A DNA stretch of 64,000 nt, from contig OZ242374.1 of the NCBI GenBank assembly GCA_965209055.1, forward strand, positions 672,001 through 736,000. The letters are read 5' to 3'. The stretch comes from Acidobacteriota bacterium. GTDB taxonomy: Bacteria; Acidobacteriota; UBA6911; RPQK01; JAJDTT01. The position numbers and the translations under genes are program-made. Shown one piece after another: positions 31,581 through 40,389 of this stretch. Each line of letters begins with the position of its first letter. Within the stretch, counting starts at the first letter, position 1. The notes under the pieces were generated by a model. That model was not told where the DNA came from, ran no database searches, and saw nothing but the letters and a program-made list of their open reading frames with translations.

Positions 31581-32930
31581 ATGGCTTCACTGATTCGCCG
31601 CATCCCCACCATTACCCTGCTTCTGACTGTCGCCGCCTGCGCGCCGCCGGAAACCGCTCAGGAAGACCAGGCTCTCGATCCCCAGCGGTTGGTCCTCAAG
31701 GTCGACAAGGAGGTCAGCATCATCGAGCCCGGCCATGAGACCGGCCTGGCCCACGAAATGGTGGGAATGGTCCGCCATCCCGATGGGACCATCTACGTGA
31801 ACACCATGACCCAGGGAACGGGTGAGGCCCTGGGATATTTCAAGAGCACCGATCAGGGCGAGACCTGGGAGCCGGTGCGGCTGAACATCTCTGACGCTCC
31901 GCCCGGCCAACGTCTGATCGGTTCGGGAGTCACTCGTGACGGACGCCTCTGGCTCCTGCATCAGAGCACCCCGAAGGAGCTATTCGTCTCCTGGTCCGCC
32001 GACGTCGAGACCTGGAACACGACGCCCATCGACTTCCGGCCGCTGGGTTCCCGGGGCATGGAGCATCCGTACGTCTACTGCTACAACGACTACAACACCT
32101 TTATCGAGAAGCCTGACGGCACTCTGATGTTCTCGGTGGGCTTGCGCTACGACGGCTCCTATTACAAAGACCCGAAGAACCGGATCGACGGTCTCATGCG
32201 GTCCGATCTGGACTTCGGGGGAGAGACCATCTTCCGCTCCACCGACGGTGGCAAGACCTGGGGGGACGTAACCATCATGCACCCTCACGTCACCGAGGTG
32301 GGACACGCCCTGGATCCCTTCGATCCCAACCGGATCCTCTCCATGACCCGTACCCAGCGGGAGCTCCTCCACGGCGAGGATCGGGAGGCGACCATCCGTA
32401 GAACCGGCGCCCCCGACGATATGCCCTCCGACATGCCCTCCATCTACAAGAACGGCCTCCTGATGGGATCGACCGACGGCGGACGGACGTTTCATGAGGT
32501 GTCGGGCGGCTTGACCGAGTTCTACGGCCACCGGGCGACCATCGTCTGGGGCAGCAACAACGTGGTCGTGGTCGCCGCCAACTTTCAACGCAAGAACTCC
32601 AGCCGGGTCTTGAGAATCAGCTTGGACGGGGGGCGGACCTGGGTGGACGGGACTGCGGGAGGCACCGGAGAATTCAATCAGGCGAAGAAGTTCCCACTCC
32701 TCACGCCTCCCCTCACCGTCTCCTTCACCAGTCCCATGCTGGAGTTGTCGCCCAATCACTTCATGTCGGTCTATGCCTACTGGGATAACGAGTCGCTGAA
32801 GCGATACTACGAGGCGCCCAAGAATCCGTGCCCGCAGGGAACCGAAGTCGGAGACTGCCCCTGGTTGGGGCTGCGGGCGGTCTTCTGGCGCCTGGAGAAC
32901 GCCCCGCCGGAACCGGCCGAGGCGGGGTGA
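31581..32930 (+). CDS. Sialidase-like/BNR (Asp-box) lipoprotein
   Basis: GGAGG RBS; VAAC lipobox; Asp boxes STDQGETW, STDGGKTW, STDGGRTF, SLDGGRTW. Confidence 0.82.
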   Translation: MASLIRRIPTITLLLTVAACAPPETAQEDQALDPQRLVLKVDKEVSIIEPGHETGLAHEMVGMVRHPDGTIYVNTMTQGTGEALGYFKSTDQGETWEPVRLNISDAPPGQRLIGSGVTRDGRLWLLHQSTPKELFVSWSADVETWNTTPIDFRPLGSRGMEHPYVYCYNDYNTFIEKPDGTLMFSVGLRYDGSYYKDPKNRIDGLMRSDLDFGGETIFRSTDGGKTWGDVTIMHPHVTEVGHALDPFDPNRILSMTRTQRELLHGEDREATIRRTGAPDDMPSDMPSIYKNGLLMGSTDGGRTFHEVSGGLTEFYGHRATIVWGSNNVVVVAANFQRKNSSRVLRISLDGGRTWVDGTAGGTGEFNQAKKFPLLTPPLTVSFTSPMLELSPNHFMSVYAYWDNESLKRYYEAPKNPCPQGTEVGDCPWLGLRAVFWRLENAPPEPAEAG

Positions 32931-33065
32931 TCATCCGGAGGGTTCTCCGGAACCGCGGTCCAGCTCCCAGAAATACCTCTCATGGCGCCTCTCGGAACGA
33001 GGCTGCCAAATCCGGGCGTCCCATTCCTCAGTCCTCTCAATAGGGGACTGCTAAAATGGTTTCAA

Positions 33066-34646
33066 ATGAGACGGCCTTTTAGAGCCGGCATCCTCTGTCT
33101 CCTGGTATTGCAGCTTTCCGTCCCGCTGTTCTCCTCGTCGGACGGAAACAGCATGTTCCTGCGCATTCTCGTGGTGCGCAACTTATCTTTAGCCGAGCAG
33201 ATCCTCCAAGAACTTGGCCAGGGTGCATCTTTTGCGGATCTGGCGCGCCAGCATTCCATCGACCGTTCGGCTGCGGACGGCGGCTATTTGGGAAACATTT
33301 CTCCGACACGGATGAACCGGGAGTTTCAACAGGCGGCCCAGGACCTGGCACCCGGTGCCCACAGCTCCATCTTTCGGTCCGGATACGACTACGCGTTGCT
33401 CTATCGCATGCCGGCTGACTTCCAGGAGCGCGCTCGCGGTCTGGAGGAAGAAGGAGACCGGTTTCGCGAACAGGGGGAGTGGGACCGGGCCATCGAGATC
33501 TACCGCGAAGCATTGGACCTGGATCCCAACTTTGCCGAAGCACTGGCCAAGCTCGGCTCTTCGTATGCCCGGGTCGGCAAGGTCGCGGATGCCCGTACGG
33601 CCTTCTTCCGTGCCTACCGGCTCGCCCCCGATTCGGCCCGGGTCCTATATGGCTTCGGGAAATTCCTGGTTTCCCAAGGTCAATTGCGGACAGCCGAGGG
33701 CCACTTGAGGCGTGCGTCGGATCTGGACCCCGACCTGACCCAGTTGGCAGCCGTCGAGATCTCGGCGGGACAAGTGGAACAGGCCTTGATGCGCAGTCCC
33801 AGCGATCCCAAGTTGCTTATCCTCAAGTCCCGGTTTTCCTTCGAGCGGGGTGACCTGGAGCTGTCTTCGGCCGTGCTGGACAAAGTGGACCGGACTACTC
33901 TCGACAATCAAATGAGCTTGAGGCTGGCGGAGCAACTCTTTTGGCTGGCACGCTCCGACGAGGCCCTCGCGCTACTGGCACGACTCACGCTCAACCCGGA
34001 AGAAAAGGAGGAAGCGGCCCGAATTCTCATTCGGTTCAAATACAACGACGAAGGGGAACGGATATTGAAGCCCCTCTCCGCCTCCTCGGCCCAGTTGAAA
34101 TTGGTCGAACTCTATGTGAACCAAAGCCGCTTCCAGGAGGCGAAAGAAGTCCTCGAACGAGTCACGGCACGGAACCCCGGAAACTGGGAAGCGCGCTACT
34201 ATCTGGGTTCCACCATGAACTCCCTGGACCAGTTCGACCAGGCTACCGATACCCTGCTCGAGGCCCTGCGGCTCCGACCCGGCCAGGAGGAAATTTTTCA
34301 TCAGCTGGCCAGCGCCCATTCCCGGTCGGGCCAGACCGGCAAAGCGTTGGAGTGGTTGGATGAAGGAATCGAGTTGAACCCGGATTCCTTCCTGCTCCAT
34401 CTGGAGAAGGGGCGAATCCTGATGAAGGGGAAGGAGGTCAGAGGGGCCCTTGAGCATCTTCAGAAGGCTCTGGCCCAACATCCCGACCACGTGGAAACCC
34501 ACTATCTACTGGGAAGACTCCACCACCGGCTGAAAGACCCCTCCACCGCCCGGACATACTTCGACCGGTTCGACATGCTGCAGAAGAGAAAGCCCAAGTC
34601 CAGCCGCAAGCCGGGAATGAGAAAGATCGACCCGAGCCTCCCATAG
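33066..34646 (+). CDS. Parvulin-type peptidyl-prolyl isomerase domain + TPR repeats, secreted
   Basis: GASFADLARQHSID.SA.DGGYLG parvulin motif followed by TPR units. Confidence 0.85.
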   Translation: MRRPFRAGILCLLVLQLSVPLFSSSDGNSMFLRILVVRNLSLAEQILQELGQGASFADLARQHSIDRSAADGGYLGNISPTRMNREFQQAAQDLAPGAHSSIFRSGYDYALLYRMPADFQERARGLEEEGDRFREQGEWDRAIEIYREALDLDPNFAEALAKLGSSYARVGKVADARTAFFRAYRLAPDSARVLYGFGKFLVSQGQLRTAEGHLRRASDLDPDLTQLAAVEISAGQVEQALMRSPSDPKLLILKSRFSFERGDLELSSAVLDKVDRTTLDNQMSLRLAEQLFWLARSDEALALLARLTLNPEEKEEAARILIRFKYNDEGERILKPLSASSAQLKLVELYVNQSRFQEAKEVLERVTARNPGNWEARYYLGSTMNSLDQFDQATDTLLEALRLRPGQEEIFHQLASAHSRSGQTGKALEWLDEGIELNPDSFLLHLEKGRILMKGKEVRGALEHLQKALAQHPDHVETHYLLGRLHHRLKDPSTARTYFDRFDMLQKRKPKSSRKPGMRKIDPSLP

Positions 34647-34704
34647 GAGCGGGGGTTGTTAACCCCCGCGTCACGGGGGGGGGACTAACAGTCCCCCCTC
34701 CTAC
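34644..34704. repeat. Inverted GTAG-type REP pair; the first copy contains the stop codon of the PPIase gene
   Basis: TAGGAGCGGGGGTTGTTAACCCCCG (+) and GTAGGAGGGGGGACTGTTAGTCCCCCC (-). Confidence 0.82.
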
Positions 34705-34756
34705 GCTTTACCCCCGCTCGGGGCGCAAGCTAGAATGACGCGACCCGTCTGGCGCC

Positions 34757-35962
34757 ATGAGACTTTACGAGTTTGAGTCGAAGCAGCTTCTGGCCCGGAG
34801 CGGGATCAGGGTTCCGCGATCTCAACTGATCACCGCAGCTTCCTCGGCTTCACTATCCGAAGACCTCCTCCCCGGAATCGTCAAAGTCCAGACCCTGACC
34901 GGAAAGCGCGCCCTCCGGGGCGGCATCCAGCCGGTCGACGACCTCGGCGGCGTCAGGAGCTTTGCGGGGAAGTTCCTGGAGCAGGGATTCGGGGACGAAC
35001 CCGTCGATCGCGTCCTCCTGGAAGAACGTATCGACTTCACCGAGGAGTTCTTCCTGGGCATCACCTACGACCACCGGGCCCGGAAGCCCCTCCTGCTCTT
35101 CTCCCGGTGCGGCGGCGCCAATATCGAAGAGACGGCGCGTTCCAGTCCGGACCTGGTCAAGACCCGGTTGCTGCCGCCGGGCGGCGAGGTCCGCACCTAT
35201 CAGGCGGTCGAATGGCTCTCCGCATGGGGCTTTTCCGGCAAGCTGCTGCTGCGCCTGGCCGGCTTGGTCAGCAAGATGGCCCGCCTGTTTCACCACTACG
35301 ACGCCCTGCTTCTGGAGTTCAATCCCCTGGCCAGCACGGATAAGCAGGAACTGGTGGTCCTGGACTGCCACCTGGACATCGACGACGATGCGCTGAAGCG
35401 CCAGCCGCTCGACTTCGAGGGGCTATCCAACCGGATGGAGGGCGTCCGGCAGCCGACGGAGTTCGAGCAGAAAGCCCGGGAGATCGACCAACTCGACTAC
35501 CGCGGCGTCGCCGGCAGGATGATCGAGTTCGGCGGCAACCTGGGACTCCTCATCGGGGGCGGAGGCGCCAGTCTCACCGCCTTCGACGCGGTGCGGAATT
35601 CGGGAGGGTCCCCTGCCAACTATTGCGAGATCGGCGGGAACCCGACGGTCAAGAAGGTGCAGGAACTGACCAAGCTCCTGGTAAGCCGGCCGGGAGTGGA
35701 CAAATTGGCCGTGATTATGAACGTGGTCAGCAATACACGATCGGACCTGGTGGCCCGAGGCGTGATCAAGGGGATGGTCGAGGCGGGCAAAGACCCCAGC
35801 CGGACCATTGCCGTATTTCGCCTCCCCGGCGCCGGCGAGGAAGAGTGCCGGAAGATCCTCGACCACTACGGAGTCCCTTTTTCCGGCCGGGAAGTGTCCA
35901 TTGACGAAGCCGCCGCCCTGGCGGTGGCACGGGCGGAAACACCAACCGGACACCACGCCTGA
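34757..35962 (+). CDS. ADP-forming acid-CoA ligase beta subunit (SucC/ATP-citrate-lyase-like ATP-grasp), non-canonical
   Basis: MRLYEFESKQL, LLEFNPL, GGGGASL, PANYCEIGGNP. Confidence 0.85.
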   Translation: MRLYEFESKQLLARSGIRVPRSQLITAASSASLSEDLLPGIVKVQTLTGKRALRGGIQPVDDLGGVRSFAGKFLEQGFGDEPVDRVLLEERIDFTEEFFLGITYDHRARKPLLLFSRCGGANIEETARSSPDLVKTRLLPPGGEVRTYQAVEWLSAWGFSGKLLLRLAGLVSKMARLFHHYDALLLEFNPLASTDKQELVVLDCHLDIDDDALKRQPLDFEGLSNRMEGVRQPTEFEQKAREIDQLDYRGVAGRMIEFGGNLGLLIGGGGASLTAFDAVRNSGGSPANYCEIGGNPTVKKVQELTKLLVSRPGVDKLAVIMNVVSNTRSDLVARGVIKGMVEAGKDPSRTIAVFRLPGAGEEECRKILDHYGVPFSGREVSIDEAAALAVARAETPTGHHA

Positions 35963-36873
35963 TGGGAATACTGATCGACCGCGGAACCACGATTCTGGTC
36001 CAAGGGATCACCGGTCGGGAAGCCAGTTTCTTCACCCGCGAATCTCTTGACTACGGCGCCCGGGTCGTAGCCGGAGTGACGCCGGGAAAGGGAGGCCAGG
36101 AGGTCTACGGAGTCCCCGTCTACGACTGTGTCAGGAACGCTCTTCGCAACCACCGCATCGACGCCGGCGTCGTCTCGGTTCCTCCCTTCGCGGTTCGGGA
36201 CGCCGCACTGGAGTCCATCGAGAGCGGAATCCGACTCCTGGTCGTCATGACCGAGCGGGTCCCCCGGCGGGACGTCGCCGCCCTGCTGGACGCCGCAGGT
36301 GAGCATGGCGCCCGCATCATCGGTCCCAACAGCCTGGGACTCATCTCTCCCGGCGAGTCCAAGCTGGGAGCCGTGGGCGGCAACGTGGAGAACACGCTTC
36401 GGACCTTCACCAAGGGTCCCGTCGGAGTCATGTCCCGCAGCGGCGGGATGACGAGCGAGTTCGCCAATATCCTGGGTCAGGAGGGGCTGGGCCAGTCCAC
36501 CTGTGTCAGCATCGGAGGCGATCCGCTCATCGGTTCCACCTTTCAGGACCTGTTCCCGTTGTTCGAGGAGGACCGCCAGACCCGGGCGGTCGCCCTCTTC
36601 TGCGAACCCGGCGGGATCATGGAGGAGGAATTCGCCCGGTTCTATTCCTCCCTCTCGAATCCGAAACCGGTGGTGGCCTTCATCGCGGGCCGTTTCGCCG
36701 ACCGGATGCCGGGAACCCGATTCGGCCACGCCGCGGTGATCGTCGAAGGGGACCGCGGCAGCACGCGGAAGAAGCGGGCGCTCCTGAAGGACGCCGGGGT
36801 CCAGGTGGCCGACCGGCTGTCGGATGTCCCGAAATTCATCAAGGAATTGCTCAAAGATGGGCATGTTCATTGA
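35962..36873 (+). CDS. ADP-forming acid-CoA ligase alpha subunit (SucD-like)
   Basis: VQGITG, GVTPGKGG, IIGPNSLG, SRSGG, IGGD, phospho-His motif RFGHA. Confidence 0.92.
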   Translation: MGILIDRGTTILVQGITGREASFFTRESLDYGARVVAGVTPGKGGQEVYGVPVYDCVRNALRNHRIDAGVVSVPPFAVRDAALESIESGIRLLVVMTERVPRRDVAALLDAAGEHGARIIGPNSLGLISPGESKLGAVGGNVENTLRTFTKGPVGVMSRSGGMTSEFANILGQEGLGQSTCVSIGGDPLIGSTFQDLFPLFEEDRQTRAVALFCEPGGIMEEEFARFYSSLSNPKPVVAFIAGRFADRMPGTRFGHAAVIVEGDRGSTRKKRALLKDAGVQVADRLSDVPKFIKELLKDGHVH

Positions 36874-37081
36874 GGTCTCGGTCCGGGACCCGGGCTTTCT
36901 CGAGACCGGGGAGTCCCGCAAGCTGGTGTCGGCCTGCGCCGTGAACATCTTCGAGCCGGCGGAGAGCGGAGTGACCGTCAATCGCCATCAGGAGGACGAG
37001 TGCACGCTGTGCGGCCGCTGCCTGGAGGTCGCGGCCGGCCGGCTGGAGATCGTGAAGCTCTACGAGAAGGCCGGACGATAG
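36857..37081 (+). CDS. Small single-cluster 4Fe-4S ferredoxin-like protein
   Basis: CAVNIF...EDECTLCGRC; overlaps the end of the SucD-like gene. Confidence 0.72.
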   Translation: MGMFIEVSVRDPGFLETGESRKLVSACAVNIFEPAESGVTVNRHQEDECTLCGRCLEVAAGRLEIVKLYEKAGR

Positions 37082-37130
37082 ACGGGATAGTGGCATTCCC
37101 CCTGCGGCGAGGCGGGGGCGAGGGAAGAGC

Positions 37131-38108
37131 ATGAGAGAGATCACCTACTCACAGGCCATCAACGAAGCGATTCGGGAAGAAATGCGCCGCGATCCGGACA
37201 TCGTCCTGCTGGGCCAGGACATCGGCGTCTACGGCGGGACCTTCGGGGTCTACCGGGGCCTCTGCGAGGAGTTCGGCGAGGACCGGGTCCGGGACGGGCC
37301 GCTCTCGGAGGCGGCCACCGCGGGCTTCGGAATCGGTCTCGCCGTAGCCGGCATGCGGGCCATCGTGGAGATCGAGTTCATGGACTTCTCTCCGCTGGTC
37401 CTGGACGCGGTGGCCAATCAGGCCTCCAAGATGCGCTATTTCTTCGGGGGCAAGGTCAAGGTCCCCCTGGTGCTCCGGATGCCCAGCGCCAGCAAGCTGG
37501 GCCTGGGCGCCCAGCATTCCCAGAGCCTCGAGTCGTGGTTCATGCACACTCCGGGACTGCTGATCGCCATGCCGTCGACCCCCTACGACGCCAAGGGATT
37601 GCTCAAGACCGCCGTTCGCCAGGACAACCCGGTCATCTTCATCGAACATGTCCGGCTCTACGCCACCAAGGGAGAGGTGCCCGAGGAGGAGTACAGCCTC
37701 CCCTTCGGCAGCGCCCGGATCGTTCGCGAAGGTTCGGACGTCACCGTGGTCGCCATCGCCATGATGGTTCAGGAGGCGGTTCAAGCCGCCAACGAACTGG
37801 AGAAGGAGGGGATCAGCGTGGAGATCATCGATCCCCGCACCCTGGCTCCCCTGGACGGCGGCACCATCGTCGAATCGGTGAAGAAGACCGGCCGCCTGCT
37901 GGTGACCCACGAGGCCTACCGGACCGCGGGCGTCGGGGCCGAGATCGGACAGGTGGCTCTGGAGGGCGCCTTCGACTACCTGGTCGCTCCCATTCGCCGC
38001 GTCGCCGGCAAGCACCAGCCGATCCCCGCCGGACCATTGCAGGACGAGGTCTTTCCCGACCGCAACAAGTTGGCCGCGGCCATCAGGGACCTCATGGAGG
38101 AGGGATAG
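37131..38108 (+). CDS. 2-oxoacid/acetoin dehydrogenase E1 beta subunit
   Basis: GQDIGVYGG, LSEAA, FMDF, AQHSQSLE, PYDAKGLL, IDPRTL.PLD. Confidence 0.93.
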   Translation: MREITYSQAINEAIREEMRRDPDIVLLGQDIGVYGGTFGVYRGLCEEFGEDRVRDGPLSEAATAGFGIGLAVAGMRAIVEIEFMDFSPLVLDAVANQASKMRYFFGGKVKVPLVLRMPSASKLGLGAQHSQSLESWFMHTPGLLIAMPSTPYDAKGLLKTAVRQDNPVIFIEHVRLYATKGEVPEEEYSLPFGSARIVREGSDVTVVAIAMMVQEAVQAANELEKEGISVEIIDPRTLAPLDGGTIVESVKKTGRLLVTHEAYRTAGVGAEIGQVALEGAFDYLVAPIRRVAGKHQPIPAGPLQDEVFPDRNKLAAAIRDLMEEG

Positions 38109-38113
38109 GAGTC

Positions 38114-39097
38114 ATGACAGATCAGGCTCGACACGCCGCGGCCGTCAGCCCGGACCAGGCGCTGGGCTGGTATCGCCAGATGGTCCACATCCGGAAGTTC
38201 GAGGAGAAGGTGGTGGAACTCTCCGGGAGGGGACTGGTCAGCGGTTCCACGCACCCCTGCATCGCCCAGGAGGCGGTCTCCGTGGGCTGTATTTCCGCCT
38301 TGAACGCGGAGGACCTGGTGCTGGCCACCTACCGCGGACACGGCACCTTCCTCGCCCGGGGCGGAGACCCCAAGGCCGCCATGGCCGAGATCCTCTGCCG
38401 GGAGACCGGTTGCTGCAAGGGCAAAGGGGGATCCATGCACCTGTGCGACCCCGACATCGGCTTCCTGGGGACCAACGCCATCGTGGCGGCTCACATCCCC
38501 ATCGCCTCGGGTGTCGCCCTGGCCAACCAGTTGAAGAAGAAGAATCGGGTGACCCTCTGCCTCTTCGGCGACGGGGCCTCCTGTGAAGGCGCCTTCTACG
38601 AGACCTTGAACATGGTCGCCCTCTGGAAGGTTCCGGTGGTGCTGGTCTGCGAGAACAACGGCTACGCGATTTCGGTCCCGGTGAAGAAGTCGTTGAGCGT
38701 GGCCGAGATCGCCACCCGCGCTCAAGGGTTCGACATGCCCGGCGTTTCCATCGACGGAAACGACATCGTCGAGGTCTACGAGACCACGAGACAGGCGGTG
38801 GAGCGGGCGCGCGAGGGCGGGGGGCCGACGCTGATCGAGTGCAGGACCGTGCGCTGGGAACGTCACAGCGCCCTCTCGGCCGGATTCTACGAGTCGCGCG
38901 AGGAGAGGAAACGCTGGCAGGTGGTGGATCCCATCCCCAGGTTCCGCACCGTCCTCACGGATCAGATGGCGATCCAGGCTTCGGTGCTGGAGGAGATGGA
39001 GCAGGAGGCGGAAGAGGCTGCCGAGGAAGCCGCCGAGTTCGCCATCCGGAGCCCCTTTACGGGTACGGCGCAACTCGAACAAGATATCTTTGCCTGA
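38114..39097 (+). CDS. 2-oxoacid/acetoin dehydrogenase E1 alpha subunit (TPP)
   Basis: AGGAG RBS; QEAVSVG, GKGGSMH, FGDGA...ENN TPP motif, IDGND. Confidence 0.92.
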   Translation: MTDQARHAAAVSPDQALGWYRQMVHIRKFEEKVVELSGRGLVSGSTHPCIAQEAVSVGCISALNAEDLVLATYRGHGTFLARGGDPKAAMAEILCRETGCCKGKGGSMHLCDPDIGFLGTNAIVAAHIPIASGVALANQLKKKNRVTLCLFGDGASCEGAFYETLNMVALWKVPVVLVCENNGYAISVPVKKSLSVAEIATRAQGFDMPGVSIDGNDIVEVYETTRQAVERAREGGGPTLIECRTVRWERHSALSAGFYESREERKRWQVVDPIPRFRTVLTDQMAIQASVLEEMEQEAEEAAEEAAEFAIRSPFTGTAQLEQDIFA

Positions 39098-39109
39098 CTG
39101 GAGGGGTTT

Positions 39110-39280
39110 GGAACGGCGGTTTCCAACCGCTGGGACGGGAATGGAGCGGCGGTTTCCACCCGCCGGGAGGGAAGGAACGGCGGTTTCCTAACCGCCGAAC
39201 TGGAGCGGCGATTTCCAATCGCCGAACTCCTGACTGACAAACTTGGCGATGAAGACCGGGCAATTGGAAATCGCCCCTCC
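39110..39280 (+). repeat. Tandem REP array ending in a 79-bp REPIN-like element
   Basis: Four GGA[A/G]CGGCG[G/A]TTTCC..CGC[C/T]G units, then inverted TTGGAAATCGCCCCTCC; 39202-39280 matches the reverse complement of 56501-56578. Confidence 0.88.
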
Positions 39281-39304
39281 CGTTTCAAAGAAGGAGAACC
39301 TGAA

Positions 39305-40366
39305 ATGGTTGCCCAGGAATCCTCCGGTCCGAGGGTGATTCTCTGCGGTGTCGGCGGCGTCGGCCGCAGAGTCACCCGGCTGTTGAGCTTCCGTCCCGGC
39401 TACCGGATCGTGGCGGCATACACCAGGAATCCTGATCTGGCCGGTCAGGACCTGGGCCGTCTGGCCGGGATCGAACCCAATGGAGTGATCGTCACCACCG
39501 ACCGGGACGCTGCCCTGCAGCAGCCGGCCGACATCCTGATCGTCGCCACCACCTCGTTCCTGAGATTGGTGGCGCCCGAGCTGCGGGCGGCGGCGGAACA
39601 CAACCTGAACGCCATCACCACGGCCGAGGAGGCGGCCTTCCCCTGGCTGACCGACGAGGTCCTGACCGACGAACTGGACCGGTTGGCCCGGGAGCGGGGA
39701 GTGTCGCTCCTGGGGGTGGGTTTGAACCCCGGCTTCATTTTCGACGCCCTGCTGTTGACGGCCACCGGTCCGGCCTGGGATGCGCGCAGGATCCGGATCA
39801 GGCGGGTGGTGGACGTCTCCCGGTTCAGCGCCACCATCCAGCGGCGGCTGGGCATCGGTTTCTCCCGGGAGAAGTTCGAGGCGGGGGTTCAAGCCGGAAC
39901 CATATTCGGCCACATCGGGTTTCCCCAATCCTTTCACCTGGCCGCAAAATGCCTGGGCCGGACGCTGGAGGACTACCGGAAGTCGTTCGAGCCGGTCATC
40001 GCCGAGCGCCCGTTCTCCAATGACTTCCTGACGGTCCAGCCGGGCCAGACCGTAGCCTTCATCCAGCGGGACGAGGGGATCATCGGCGGAGATCCCTGGA
40101 TCGATTCCGAGTTCGTCGCCTTCATCGATCCCTCCGCCGGAGACTTCGTGGCGCAGGACTCGATTTCGATCGAGGGGTACAATCCGCTCAATCTGATCAT
40201 CCGCCCCGGCTGCCAGCCGCAGTTGGGCTCGGCAGCCATGGTGGCCAATTCCATTCCCAAGGTGATTGCGGCAGAGCCGGGGTTCCGGACCGTGGCGGAC
40301 CTCCCGCCCCTCTGTCCGCCGTTGACGCACAGCGACGGGTTGGCGGAAGCCGCCCGGAACTGGTGA
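39305..40366 (+). CDS. NAD(P)-dependent amine dehydrogenase family (2,4-diaminopentanoate dehydrogenase/DapB-like)
   Basis: AAGGAG RBS; GVGGVG Rossmann, G.DLG.LAG, TTAEE, GVGLNPGF, GHIGF. Confidence 0.82.
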   Translation: MVAQESSGPRVILCGVGGVGRRVTRLLSFRPGYRIVAAYTRNPDLAGQDLGRLAGIEPNGVIVTTDRDAALQQPADILIVATTSFLRLVAPELRAAAEHNLNAITTAEEAAFPWLTDEVLTDELDRLARERGVSLLGVGLNPGFIFDALLLTATGPAWDARRIRIRRVVDVSRFSATIQRRLGIGFSREKFEAGVQAGTIFGHIGFPQSFHLAAKCLGRTLEDYRKSFEPVIAERPFSNDFLTVQPGQTVAFIQRDEGIIGGDPWIDSEFVAFIDPSAGDFVAQDSISIEGYNPLNLIIRPGCQPQLGSAAMVANSIPKVIAAEPGFRTVADLPPLCPPLTHSDGLAEAARNW

Positions 40367-40389
40367 TTCAGGGAGATCGTCCGCCGGCC

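Noticed and set aside
34757-36873. Plain TCA-cycle sucCD annotation
   Set aside because: Beta-subunit signature motifs deviate and the context is not TCA; gene symbols withheld
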